From contig QPMI01000279.1 in assembly GCA_004431415.1 (NCBI GenBank), positions 1-64,000 on the forward strand: a stretch of 64,000 nucleotides of DNA, read 5' to 3'. Below the pieces are notes generated by a model. That model saw only the letters and a program-made list of their open reading frames with translations, was not told the origin of the DNA and did no database searches. The DNA is from Cyanophora paradoxa CCMP329 (lineage: Eukaryota > Plantae > Glaucophyta). Positions 21,929 to 42,032 of the stretch are shown here, piece by piece. The translations under genes were made by a program, and so were the position numbers. How positions within the stretch are numbered: position 1 is the first letter of the stretch; each line of letters begins with the position of its first letter.

Positions 21929-24450
21929 ATGCCGGAGTCGGGAATGCCCAGCAGACGCCTGGCATTGCTTTTGCCCAGCTACGAAGGCAGCACGTCTGCA
22001 GTCGCAAATCTCGACCCGCCGAGATCCCTGGATCGCCTTCTGCCCTCCGGCTGGACATGCGAAACCATTTTCCTGACGAAGAGCACAGTCAACAAGACGA
22101 TCCGCCGCCGCAAGAAGGACTTCGATGTGTACGTCGAGCTTGCGGCCATTCCAGCGCCGCCGGGCCGCCCTCGCTGACGTCGCCTTCTCCTGAACGATAT
22201 AGCTTCGTCAACTTGTGCGATGGTACGCGGCCCTCCGTGACGCGCCGTCGCCGCCGACGCATGACACGGACCCGACTCCCGCAGGCGCCTGGGACGAGGT
22301 GCGGCGCCGCCGGCGGCCTTGCGGCGGCCGACGATCGTATCTAGCGTTTTATTGACTTCGATCGCTTCTCCGGCTCGCCCGCCCTTGCAGGACACTCCCG
22401 GCGTTGATGTCGTGCTGGCCATGGAGAAGGAGAAGCTGGCGTTCACGGGAGCGAGTTCGCTCTTCTATGATCCTACGGTGTGATCGGCACCCGCCGCGCC
22501 CGAGTCGCTCGCGTGCCGCTCGAGGTGATGGGCGGGCAGCGCGAGGGCATGAAGAAGGCGTGCTTCGCCTGCAGCGTGCCGACGCCGCGCTACGCTTTCG
22601 CGGAGACCGTCGCAGACTGCGACACGATCGCCAAGCGTCTCAACTTCCCCCTCTTCGTAAAGCACCACCACTCCTACAACTCGAGTGCGGCCGCCCCGCC
22701 GCCGCCCCGCGCCCGGAGGCGCCCGCGCTCACTCCCCCCCAGTCGGCGTGACCACCAAGTCCAAGGTGGCCAACCTGGAGCAGCTTCGGGAACAGGTCAG
22801 CGGGCGCGCGGGGCGCGCGGCGGCGCCGGGGGGCGCCGAGCGGGGGGCAGGTGGCGGGGATGGTGGCGGAGTTCGGCGGGGCGCTGGTGGAGGAGTTCAT
22901 CCCCGGGCGGGAGTTCTCCGTGCTCGTCTCGTCGAACCCGGCGGACGAGCGGGAGCCGTTCGTGTACCTCCCCGTGGAGTGCACCTTCCAAGAGGGCCAG
23001 CCCGACTTCAAGACCTTCGAGATGAAGTGGGTCCACTCCTGTGCGCCGCCCCCGCCCCGCCGCCCCGCCCCCCGCCCCCCCGGCCGGGCGGGGCCGACGG
23101 GAGGCGGGGCAGCGAATCACTGGGTGGCGGCGAGCGACGCGAAGGCGGTGGAGACGATGAAGAAGTACGCGAAGGAGATCTACGTGTGCCTGGCGGGCCA
23201 GGGCTACGGCCGCTGCGACTTCCGCATGGCCCCGGACGGCAAGATCTACTTCCTCGGTGCGAGCGCTGAGGAGCGCCGGCGAGGCGGCCACCCCCGGCGC
23301 GGCCTCACGGGCGGGGGGCGGCAGAGATCAACCCGAACTGCTCGGTGTTCTACGACCCGTCGAACGGGGGCACGGCGGACCTGATCCTGGAGCTGGACGG
23401 GACGGGCCAGGCGGCCTTCCTCCGCTCCATCGTCGACTTCGCCCTCGCGCGGCAGCAGCGGGAGTACTTCGGCGAGCCGATGGCCTTCGCCCCGCACGCC
23501 GACCCCGCCCTCGGCGGCGGCTCCTTCGCCACCCGCGACATCGCCCCTGGCGAAGTGCCCCGCCCGCCCCGCCCCGCCCCGCCCCGCCCCGCCCCGCCCG
23601 CCCCGCCCCGCCCGCCCCGCCCCGCCCCGCCCCGCCCCGCCCCGCCCCGCCCCGCCCCGCCCCGCCCCGCCCCGCCCCGCCCCGCCCGCCCCGCCCCGCC
23701 CCGCCTCATGCGCCGCGCCAGATCGTGCAGCGGAACGAGGAGAAGCAGCTCATCCTCGCCTCGCACAGCCACATGAAGCGGTGCCGCCACCCCGACTCGG
23801 CCCCCCGCGAGCCACGCTCAGGCGCAGGGCGCAGGAACTGGCCGAAGCACTACTACGAGATGTACGAGCACTACGCGTGGAAGGTCTCGGAGGGGGTGCG
23901 CGCCTCCACCGGCCTCGAGCCGGGCCGCCTCGAGCCCCCCGCCGAGCGCCCCCGAGCGGGCGCGGAGCGAGCCGGCGGGTGGGGCGGGGCGCAGGTCTTC
24001 GCCCTCTGCTCCTCGCTGGACCCGGAGCGGTGGCAGCCGATCAACCACAGCTGCGACCCGAGCTGCTGGATGGAGGGCCTCAACCTCGTCGCCCGCCGCC
24101 CCCTCCGCAGGGGCGAGGAGGTCACCATGGACTACTCGTCCGCCCCCGCCGCCCCCGCCCGCCCCCGCCCGCCCCTCACCGGCACCCCGGGGGCCGAGCA
24201 GGACGATGTACACGTCCTTCCCCGTGGACTTCAAGTGCGCGTGCGGGGCCGCCGCCTGCCGCGGCCGCCTCACCGGCGAGGAGTACAAGCAGGTCCGCCC
24301 CCGCCGCGCCACGCCGCACCCTCGCCCGCCCGCCCGCCCCCGACGCGCCCCCGGCAGGCGTGGTTCATCGAGCGCTACGGGGACGAGCACGTGACGGACT
24401 ACGTCCGCTCCCGAATGCGCGAGGCCGCCGTCCTCGACGGCGTCTGCTAG
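21929..24450 (+). CDS. D-Ala-D-Ala-ligase-like ATP-grasp domain fused to SET/post-SET domain
   Basis: FVNLCDGAWDED.PG, FPLFVK, ALVEEFIPGREFSVLV, GYGRCDFRM, YFLEINPNCSVF, then INHSCDPSC, RRGEEVTMDY, FKCACGAAACRG. Confidence 0.85.
23556..23704 (+). repeat. Intronic (CCCCG)n pentamer tract
   Basis: About 150 nt of near-perfect CCCCG units inside an intron of the ATP-grasp-SET gene. Confidence 0.9.
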
Positions 24451-24576
24451 CCGCGCGGCGCCGCCCCCCCGATCCTCTCGCGCCTCCTCCCCTAGCATGC
24501 CCTCCCCGCCTCATCGTTTCCCCCTTTCCTCAGTATTCTTACATGAACCAGCCGGGCCCCCTGGGGGCCCTGGCCC

Positions 24577-26081
24577 TCACGTTCCGCCGCCGCCCGGGGC
24601 GGGGGCCGCGCCAGCGTCGACGTCGGCGGGCTTGCCGGGGCCGGGGCCGGCGGCGCGCCGCTTGGCGATCTCCGCGAGGTTGCACTTGCACTTCTCGCCC
24701 ACGCGCTCGACCACGGAAAGCGCGAACGCCGACTGCGGAAGGTCGTCCCAATCAGCTCCTCGACCGCGCAGGCTGCGGCGCGCGCCGGCGTGCACGTGCA
24801 CGCGCCTTGAAGACGTCGAGGAAGACTGTGATGGAGGGGTCGCGCAGGTCCACCGCGTGCCGCCCCTCGATCGCCGCCGCCGCCGCCTGCGCACCCATCC
24901 CCACCCACCGTGGCACGCCCTCAGCTCGCGCGCGCGCGGGAGGCCAAAAGGGGGCCGGGCGCCCGGGGCGGGCCTTGATGGCGTCGTCGCGCTTGACGCG
25001 CTCGTTGTTGCGGCCCTTGAACTGCACCGCGTACGTCACCGGCCCCGCCAGCGCGCCCGCCCCGAAGACCGGCGGCAGCTCCGCCGCGCACAGCCGCTCC
25101 ACCGCCCCCATCTGAGCGGGTACCGGTGAACGAGGACCCGACGGGAGCCCGGCTCGAGCGCAAGGAGGCGCGCCTCGGCGACGCAGGTGGCGATGACGGG
25201 GAGGAGGCGGTACGTGAAGCGCGGGGGGCGGGCGAGGGCCCCCGCCCCCGCCGCCGCCAGCAGGTGGTCCACGATCACGCGCACGTCGAGCCAGGCTGCC
25301 CGCGCCGCCACAAAGACCAGGCCCGACGTCCCCGTGTCGATCACCCGCCAGCTGCGCCGCCGCCTCAGGAGTGCAGCCGCCCCGACGCAGGTCGGGGCCG
25401 CACTGCCGTGGGGCGCCGGCTGCGGCCGCGGGGCCCGGCTTGTCAGCGGCCCCGGCCTCCTCTCCGTCCTGCGGATCTGCCTCCTCTTCTTCCGACTCAC
25501 TGCCGCCCCCTTCCTCCGTGTGCGATGCCGCTACTGCCTCCGCGGGCGCCTTCGAATTCGGCTCCGCGCCTGGACCGTCCGGTCGACTCTGCGACCCCGC
25601 CTCTCGCTCCGCGCCTGGACCGTCCGGTCGACTCTGCGACCCCGCCTCTCCCTCTGCCGCCGCGGGATGCGCTCTGGGCTTCTTCGACGCCGGCGCTGGC
25701 GCTGGCTCGGGCGATGGGACGAGGCGCCCGCTCTCCACGAGCTGGGCGACGGCGTCCTTCAGCAGACTCGTGAGCTCCGACAAGCACTGGGGTTCCTTGT
25801 TGGGGTCCGTAGACGCCAGAATCCCGCTCACGCTGCCATGATCGAAGACGCGTGCGTGCTTGGCTCTGCGGGCCGATCGTGAGCGCTAGCACAGCCGCCT
25901 GGATGCCTCACGATCGGCAAGCGGCGGTTAGCTAGATCCCGACAGTTAGCTGGATAGCTAGATCTGACGCGTTCTGAACGCACGCGAATCGCTTCCGTAC
26001 GTTCGCCCGCCCGAACGAGTTGGCCATGTGCTTCTTTCGGGGCCGGTCACCGCCGCCATCCCCGCCCGCGCGCTTCCCCAT
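24577..26081 (-). CDS. THUMP domain protein (THUMPD1/Tan1-like tRNA acetylation adaptor)
   Basis: MGKRAGGDGGGDRPRKK; GILASTDPNKEPQC; IDTGTSGLVFV; RFTYRLLPV; YAVQFKGRNN; HAVDLRDPSITVFLDVFKS; KCNL. Contains a 45-bp coding duplication at 25561-25650. Confidence 0.8.
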
Positions 26082-26196
26082 TCGCCGAGACGCCCGAGCG
26101 ATAGCTTAGCTTAGCTAGATCAGGTTGCGACAGGTCGACGTCGACGTCAGGGCGCCGTACCCCTGCTGCCTTGCAATTGGAGTCTTGGACCGGCGA

Positions 26197-28075
26197 ATGG
26201 CTCCAGGTGCGCGCGCGTCAACATTGATTGCAAAGGATTTAGCTATCCAACGAAAGAGCTCTCTGAGCAGGCGTACGCGGCGCTGACGGGAAGCGCGCAG
26301 AAATTCCGGGTTTCGTCTACGATGAGGCCACAAAGCGGTACTACAAAGCACCAGCGAACCCCCGCGCGGCGCTCCTGCAGCTCAGCAAGCGCGCGAGAGC
26401 GTCGGCGGCGACTGCGAGCTCGCGCTCGTCGACGGCATCGGCAGCACCACCGGCCCCAGCGGAAACAGGCGTGCGGCGCGCGCGATCGATGACAAGAGAG
26501 CTTGCGGCTCGTGAGGTGGACGTCTCCTGCTGCTCGAGGCGGCGCCTGAAGGACTGCGCCGTGGCGTCCGCCTTCGCCGCCGCCCCCGTCCTTCGCTTTC
26601 CCGACGCCCTCGGCGACTCTCGGGGAGCTTGGAACGCCGTTGGCCCGCAGGAGTTCAACAGGCACGACGCGGACATCGACGTGCACCCGTCGCTGCCCTT
26701 CGTCGCCACGGGCGGCAGCGCCGGCTCCCTCTCCCTCTTCGAAGTCATCGACCTGGAGGGCGCCCCCGGGCCCTCCGAGGACCCGCCCCGCGGCTTCTTC
26801 CGTGGCGAGGGCGGCGCCGGCGTGGCGGCCCCCGCGCCGCCCGCGCTCCGCCTCTGCCTGCGGTCCCAGGCGACGTCCAGCGTCTGCACGCCCGTCTCCT
26901 CCCTCCGCTGGGGCGCCGGCCTCGTCGCGCACGGCGACGCCGTCCTTGCGTGCGCGCCTTGCTCGCCCGCGCAGCTGCTCGCCTAACCCGCGCGGGGCTG
27001 GGCCGCTCACGGCGGCCCGGCCCGCCCGCGCAGGACAACGGAGCTCGGGGGCGCCTCCTCCTCCGGCAGCGCCGTTGTCTGGCGCGTGGGTCAGGCCAAC
27101 GGCGCACTGGGGCCCGAGGCGCCGACCCTCTCCGCTCAGGCCAGCTTCGGCAAGGTGCGGGGTCCATCCATCTTTTCCCCGGCGGCTTGTCCGCAAACCG
27201 AGCGCCCCGCGCGCAGGCGTCGGCGTGGAGCTGCGCGTGGCAGCCGGGCCCGCCGAGCCTCCTTGCCGTCGGAGCCGACGGCGTGTACGCTTGGGACCTC
27301 ACTTCCGGCCGGACGCGGCGCCTGCAGCCGGCGCCGGCGCCGCCGGCCCCCGGGGCCGGCCGCCGCAGCGATGTCTTCGCCCTCGCCTTCTCTGACGTGC
27401 ATGCGCTCCGCCCCGGCACGTGCCCCTAGCTTCCGGGTGGGCTGAGGCGCACCCACGCAGGCAAACACTGTCCTTTCCGGCGACCGCAGCGGCGCGGTGC
27501 TGACCTGGGACCTCCGGTTCGCCCCCTCGTGCCCCCCGTTACCTGGCGCCCCCCCGGCTCACATGCGCGTGCACCGCAGGGCGGGCCCGCGGGAGGCGCG
27601 GGCCCAATCGCACGCCCCGCCGCTGCTGGATGGCCCCGACCCGCCGACCCCGGCGCGCGGCCGCGTGGCGCGCTCCTCGGTCTGCTCGCTGCGGCCGCTC
27701 GCGTCGGCGCCGCACGCGGTGCTCGTCTCGGCGACCTCGCACCAGCTGCTGCTGCTGGACCGGAGGCGCCCCGGGGCCGGGGCGCGGCTCGAGGGCCACC
27801 GGAACGAGTGCACGACGACGCTCCGCGCGGCCCTCGACCCCTCCGAGGCGTACGCCGCCTGCGGCGGGGACGACGGCCGCCTCCGCGTCTGGTGCCTCCC
27901 CTCGGGCCGCCTCCTCGCCTCCTGCCCGCCGCCCGCCGTCGACGTCGAGGAGGAGGGGGGCCCCCGGCCCGTCTGCAGCCTCGCGTGGCAGCGCCCTCCG
28001 CACTGCGCCGGCCCGCCCGCCGCCGCGTGGGGCACGCACACGCGCGGCGTCCTCGGGCTCGGGCGGCAGAGCTGA
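26197..28075 (+). CDS. DCAF4/WDR21-like WD40 protein
   Basis: Spliced N-terminus MAPE/IPGFVYDEATKRYYK (DCAF4-type motif), WD motifs WDLR, LEGHRNE, CGGDDGRLRVW. Confidence 0.7.
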
Positions 28076-28152
28076 CGAGGCAATTGTACACGTACTATGA
28101 TACATTTATTTACACGAGCCCCGGGCAGCGCCAAGCGGCCGCGCTCAGCATA

Positions 28153-28733
28153 TCACGCGGGGGAGAAGGAGGTCAGCGAGAACTGCCCCTGCAGGTTCCG
28201 GTACACGACCTGCGAGCTGGGTCAGCCAAGGTCGCGGCCGCGGCCGCGGCGAGCGTCCTACCGCGTTGTAGATTTGATTGTTCTTGTCGCCGGTCGTGAC
28301 CGAAAGCTTTAAGTAGAAGTTCAGGCCTGCGACGACCTGCCTCTGGACTTCGAGCACCTGTTTGGTTTCGAGTTTTTGATTTTGTTAAACCTATATTTAA
28401 ATCCCAGATTATAGCACCTGCACGAGGTCCAGCGATTTCATGCTGTTCGACCGATTCCTGCGAGTGCATTACGCCGGCAACAACGCCGGCGGGAGAGCGA
28501 GGGCGCACGAGATCTCCTGCACGGCGAACTGCAGGACAATTCATGAGCAGTCGAGCAAGAGGGCGCGGGCCCGGGGCGCTAACCTCGGCCGCCTCTGTCA
28601 CGCCTTCGTCCTTTGCAGAAGCGGGGAAGAGACCACCGGGAAGGCCGGCGCCAGGAGGGCTCATCTTGGCAAGGGCCACGTGTACGGAGAACAGAGCGAG
28701 AAGCAGAAATGTGAGGGAGGCCGCCTTGTTCAT
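28153..28733 (-). CDS. Secreted cystatin (cysteine protease inhibitor)
   Basis: Signal peptide MNKAASLTFLLLALFSVHVALA, PGG, AAEFAV, QVVAG motif, IYNAVVY. Confidence 0.92.
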
Positions 28734-28812
28734 GCGTGCTGCGCGACTGTACCCGGGCAGTCTGCCCCATTGCAGCCCCGACTTCAGAGCCGGCGAGCGA
28801 GCGTGAAGAGCG

Positions 28813-30222
28813 ATGGTAGGTACGCGCTCGGGAAGCAAAGGAAAGCCGGCGGAGGAGGCCCCGGCCCCTGCGGAGGAAAAGCCTGCAAAGGTCCGACACG
28901 TAGCGGCGCGCGCCAGCGCATCCGCGCGCTCTCAAGTAATCTACGCCTTGCAGACGACCCGGAAGACGAAGGCCAGCACCTCCGCGGAGAAGCCTGCCGA
29001 GCCTGCCGCGCCCACAGAGGAGCCCAAGGCCAAGCAGCGCGCGGCGTCGAGCCGATCGAAGCGGAAAGTTGCAGAAGAGGATGAACACCACGAGGAGCAG
29101 GCTGCTGCTGAGGTGATCCGCCGCCGGCGTGCATAGCTAACGATCGCGCGATCACCGATCCCGATGACCGCAGCCCGCCCCCACGGCACCTCCCGCACCT
29201 GCTCCCGTAGCGGCAGCGACCGCTGAGAACAGCGACGACGAGGCGCCCGAGGCGGTGAGCCTGTCCACGGGCAAGTCGCAGGCTCTGCAGCAGCGCCGCG
29301 AGGAGGCTGCAAGCGTCAGCAAGTATGCCAGTGCAATCAGCCTCGCTGCGGCTTTCCCTGTAGAGCGCTAACCTTCTGACGCCCGCAGAGTAGTTGCGGA
29401 AGCGAGAGAGCGCCGCAAGCAGATAACCGTTCGCAAGCCTCGGGTGCGCGGCGCCGGCCGGCCACGCCGCTGGGGAGCGCCCGCTCATCGCATCGCTCGT
29501 GCAGGCCGTCGCGGAGGGGGAGCTTCTCCCAGAAGCTATTCTGCAGCGCGTCGCGAAGCTAGAGGAGGAGTGCGTGTGGCCATGAAGCGCTCCGCGCTCG
29601 ATCCGCTGGCCGGCGTAGCTGACGCTCGCCCCACAGGAGGAAGGAGAGGGGCGCAAAGGCAGCGGGCGAGGGAGGCGCAGCCGGCGCATCCGTCGCCGAG
29701 GGTTCGCCCGCGCGCGACGGCGGGTGGCGCTCCAGCGCAGCGCCGCCCGCTCAGCGCCGCGCGTGCGCAGCAGCAGGGGCGGCGCCGCCGAAGAAGAAGG
29801 CGAAGAGGCTGGTGGACCCCGTCAAGAGCCGCGAAGTGTACGCGGCGCCCCCGCATCTAGTATCCGATCCGCCCCGAGCTTCGCTGAGGGGGCGGGGCCC
29901 GGGGGCGGGCAGGGCGAACTTCAAGCTGGTGGTGCTGGAGCGCCCGAACACGGAGCGGGACGACATCGCGAAGAAGGCGCGGCGCTACGAGGAGCGCCGC
30001 CTCTTCCGCGGCGCCAAGCGGCCCTCGGAGGGCTACGGCAAGCCGCAGCCGCCGCCGCTCGCCCGGAAGCAGGAGCTGCGGCAGGGCGGGGCGGAGAAGA
30101 AGAAGGGCAAGAAGGCGGCGCGCTGGCAGAAGCCGAAGCGCGTCGCAGCCGGCGTTGCGGCCGCGCGGCAGCGCAGCGGGCGGGGGCTCGGGCCCGCCCT
30201 TGGCTTCGCGCGCAGCTCGTAG
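28813..30222 (+). CDS. Hypothetical Lys/Glu/Ala-rich (possibly nucleolar) protein
   Basis: MVGTRSGSKGKPAEE..., basic C-terminus (KKARRYEERRLFRGAKR...GPALGFARSS*), several short introns. Confidence 0.55.
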
Positions 30223-30364
30223 CTGCGGATCCTGTTCTACTTCCGAATCGCGCTCGCATTGACAAGCACAAGTCATGCACTTCAACAATCGAAGGGGGCG
30301 GGGGGCCGGGTGATGTGGTGGGGTCGAGATGGAAGAGGGAGACGAGGGAAGAGAGTGCGGAGGA

Positions 30365-38131
<7,767 letters not shown>

Positions 38132-38401
38132 GGCCGCTGGCCCGCTGGCTAATTGCTCGCGGCTGGCGGCTGCGCCGGCTGGTTTTGGCTGGGTACAGCT
38201 TCTCGACGAAAAAACAGCGCAGCACCAGTCCTTGAGCCTCGGTGCGCCGGCGCGCTTCCATCTGCGACGCTAGATCAGCCAGAGCAGCGGCAGGCTCCGA
38301 ACATAATGCTCCGAAGCTCCCCGCGCGGCCTGAATTAGACCACCCCGACCAGCGAAGTAGGAGCAGCAGGCGGCAGGCTAAGTGTACAGCTTTGCTTGAG
38401 C

Positions 38402-40281
38402 ATGTCGGCTGCGGTAGCGAAGCCGCCGCTGCCAGCCATGGCGGCTCGAACGTCTCCGCGAGCCGTGTCCCCGTCCTCGCTGCCGCCCGTCAACTCTGGG
38501 CGGCAAGAGCGGGCCGGGGCGATGCCAGAGAGCATACTTCAGAAGACCGCGCCGAAACCGTCGTCCGCGGGATCCGCCTCGCGCGGCCACATACCGAAGG
38601 GCCCAGCCAAGCTGCAGCCGCTGCAGCGTCCGCCCTCCGGCGGTGCAGCCGCAGATGGCATGGGGTTGGATTCGTCGATGGTGCCGCAGACGCCCCCGCC
38701 CGACGCCAGCATGAACGCTGTCGCCACGGACAAGATGTCCCTCTGCTTGGAGATCTTGCTCGCCGGCAACGTGCAGTCCTTTATCGACTTCTTTTACCTC
38801 ACGCACAAGGTAGCTGCTCTTGCGGCTGAGTATGCGGTCCTAGCTAACACCTGTTCAGGCCGAAGGAAGCGACGCACCGCCTCAAGACGCGGAGGAGCCC
38901 AGCTCGAAGCCGGTGGTAAAAGAAAAACCGTTAGCTGCGGACAGCTCCAAGCTTCTTTTCATCAAGGATCACCTCATGCGCGCCGAGAACGCTCAGCGGC
39001 AAGGTCCGCGCCTGAGTTCGCAGACTCTCCCCGCGTTTGACCAGGTTCGCCCCCGGCAGGTGACCTCCAGCAGGTCTACGAGAGTTACGAGACGCTAGCG
39101 CGGTTCTTCGAGCAGGAGGATGACCAGAAGCGGGCCGTCAAGTTCTACGAGCAGGTCCGTGGCCTTGTCGGGGCCTCGCTTCCTTGTCGGCGGCATGACA
39201 GGCGCGCCGCAGTGCCTGGACGTGGCGAAGCTCACGGCGGACCCGCATCTGGAGGGGCAGGCGAACAGGAACCTGGGGGCCAGGCACGAGATGCTGGGGG
39301 ACATCGCCTCCGCGATCCGCTTCTACGAGCGCTGCCTGGTCCTCGCCGAGCAGGCCCAAGAGTGCGGGGTTCCTCCGCCCCCGCCGCCCCCCGCCTTCTC
39401 TGACTCGCCCCGCGTAGCATGGCGGACAAGCAGTCGGCGACGGAGCGCCTCGTTGCGGCCTACAAGGAGTTCGCGGAGCGCTGCGAGCGGCAGAGCGACT
39501 ATGAGCAGGTGCGCGGCGTCGGCGGCCGCTCGGAGGCCGCGCGGCGCTGAGGGCGGCGGGGGGCCAGGCGGTGGTGTTCCACGAGCGGTGCCTGAGCATC
39601 GCGACGGCGGACCGGGACGTGGGGACGGCCACGCACCGGGTCGGCCTCGCCTACCAGAAGCTCGGCGACCAGGCCAAGGCCATTGACTACCTCCGCAAGT
39701 ACCTCGAGGTGCGCCCGCCCCCGCCCCGCCGGCCGCCGCCAGCTGCGAGGCCCTCCCCCCGCCCCGGCCCCCCTCACCGTGCACCCCGCGCAGCTGTGCC
39801 GGCTGAGCAACGACCCCGTGGGCGAGGGCACGGCCTGCCAGGCGCTCGCGGCGGCCTACCAGAGCCGCGGCGACACGGGCACAGCTATCCAGGCCCGCCT
39901 GCCCGCCCCCCGCCCGCAGAGGAAGTGGCTGCGCCGCCTCGCGCTTACCCGCGCCCGCAGTACCTGGAGCAGTTCCAGGAGCTGGCGCAGGCGACGGGGG
40001 TGAGCGACGCGCAGGCGCAGGCGTGCGGGGCGCTCGGCATGATCTACATGAAGCGCGGCGACTTCCCCCTGGCGGTGCACCACTTCGAGAAGCAGTTCGA
40101 GCTGGCGCGCTCGCTCGGCCAGCGCGCGATGGTGGATAGCGCCCGCGTCAACCTCGGCATCGCGCGGGGCCACCTCAACCTCTCCCCCTTCTTCCAGGCC
40201 GTCGCCAGCGACCTCCCCTCCCTCCTCAAGTGGAAGAACAAGCGCATTCCCCTCCCCGACCACTCCAACGTCCCCAAGTGA
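38402..40281 (+). CDS. TTC29: Tetratricopeptide repeat protein 29 (flagellar)
   Basis: LCLEILLAGNVQSFIDFFYLTH motif, multiple TPRs, C-terminal ARVNLGIARG...LLKWKNKR. Confidence 0.85.
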
Positions 40282-41009
40282 CCGCCCCGCCCCCGCTTCT
40301 CTTCTCCGATGCTCCTCTCTACATCTCTTCCCACACATCCCCCCTTCTGTGCACAGTGGCACCCCGTCCTCCCCCGGGTCGAGTTTTAGGCTCCTCTTTG
40401 TAATTCGAGCAGAGCGCCTCGAGCTACCCCAGAGCTCGAGGGCGAGCCCTGCACTGGTGGCTGTAAATGAATTCGCAGAGGGCGAGCCCTGCACGTGCGC
40501 GCATGCGCACGTCCTTATAAGTCGACGTTGCGCTGGGTGGCACATTGATTACACAGACATACTAGCTGCGGACCACGCAAGCTAGAAGCGGCGGTGCTAC
40601 CTACGGGGCGAGAAGCCGCGGACGACGCGGCAGGGCCCTCGAGCTCTGGGGGGGGGGGGGGGGGGGGGCGTGCACTCCCCCGGGGCCCTGGGTTCCCGGA
40701 GTCCTACAAACTACGATGGGGCCGGCGCCGGCCACGGGACGGAAGCGGAGGAGGGCCCCGCTGCGGGCCGGCCTACCAGAGCCGCGGCGACACGGGCATG
40801 CGGCATGAATTCGAACGTTTTTTAACATTGCAATTGCGCGTTCAGGAGGCCTTGACCTCACGCGTAGGCGCCGAAGTCGAAATTAAGCTATACCCCGTTC
40901 GCGAGGCAAATCGCCCGTCCGCTCGTGCACGCCCCGCTCGTCGCGCGGCGCTGCCAGCAGCAGCCCGAACAAATATCTCAGCGCCAGCAAGCTTTTCCGC
41001 ACGTATCCT

Positions 41010-42032
41010 ATGGCGGCGTTCGTGGCTCCTCTTCCGCTCGTGCGCGGCGCGGCGGGCGTCACCCATCAACAGTCGCCTTCCCCGGCATGTTCAGCACTTA
41101 GTGGCGCGGCTATGCGCAGCGCCGCGCTCGCCCCGGCCCCTCGTGTCGCACGCACGTTCTTCGTGGGCTCCACCGCTTCGTTCCGGCCTGCGCTTCGTGT
41201 TGCCCCAGCACCCGCAACCTTTTCTCCAGTCGCGAGCGGCAGCGGAAAGCCCGCCGAGGAGGACGACGTTTCCCTCGCGCCTGCGGAGGAGGTCCAGCAG
41301 ACGGCCTTCAAGCTCTTCAGCTTGACCGCGCCCCTGCTCCTAGCTGCGGGCAGCTTTGATATCAACTCCCTTGCCACCATCGGCGGCGTCCCGCTGTCAG
41401 TTCCCATCACCATCGGCTTCGCGATTGCTATGGAGTGGGTCGCACAGTTCCTCCACGGCCAGATCTGGCACAAGTGGCTCTACTGGGTTCACGAGAGCCA
41501 CCACCGGCCGCGCAAGGGCCCGTTCGAGTTCAACGACGTGCTGGCGGTCGTCAACGCCCCCATCGCTATTGCCATGATCTGGTACGGCACCAAGGTCGCG
41601 GAGGGCACCTTCTCCGGCGAAGTACTGCTCGGAATTGGCGCTGGTATGACGATGTTCGGCATGGTAAGCCGCTCCCTCTCCGGTTTTGCGCGACCCGGTC
41701 CAACGCACGGGTTGCACGTGCAGGCCTACCTCATCTTCCACGACGGCTACGTGCACCGGCGGCTGCCTGTCCAGTTCTTCTCTCGCTTCGAGTACTTCCG
41801 GCGCATCCGGGAGGCCCACCTCGTGCACCACGGCGAGTCCCTCGGCGCCGAGCCGTACGGGTTCTTCCTCGGCCCCGAGGAGCTGGCGGCGCACAAGGCG
41901 AAGTGCGAGCGGGAAGAGAAGACTCGCGCGGAGCAGCTGCGGAGCCGGATGGCGCAGGACTGGCTCAGCCCCGAGGAAGAGCTCGCGCTCAAGCGGGAGC
42001 GGGTGCCCGAGGAGGTCGCCAGCCGCAAGTGA
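41010..42032 (+). CDS. crtZ: Plastid-targeted beta-carotene hydroxylase (CrtZ/BCH non-heme di-iron type), one 60-nt intron (41664-41723)
   Basis: Transit peptide MAAFVAP; His boxes HGQIWH, HESHH, GPFEFND, HDGYVHRR, AHLVHH; PYGFFLGPEEL. Confidence 0.93.
   Translation: MAAFVAPLPLVRGAAGVTHQQSPSPACSALSGAAMRSAALAPAPRVARTFFVGSTASFRPALRVAPAPATFSPVASGSGKPAEEDDVSLAPAEEVQQTAFKLFSLTAPLLLAAGSFDINSLATIGGVPLSVPITIGFAIAMEWVAQFLHGQIWHKWLYWVHESHHRPRKGPFEFNDVLAVVNAPIAIAMIWYGTKVAEGTFSGEVLLGIGAGMTMFGMVSRSLSGFARPGPTHGLHVQAYLIFHDGYVHRRLPVQFFSRFEYFRRIREAHLVHHGESLGAEPYGFFLGPEELAAHKAKCEREEKTRAEQLRSRMAQDWLSPEEELALKRERVPEEVASRK

Noticed and set aside
41003-41010. GTATCCT U12-like donor upstream of crtZ
   Set aside because: Abuts the start codon and no matching branch site or acceptor was seen.
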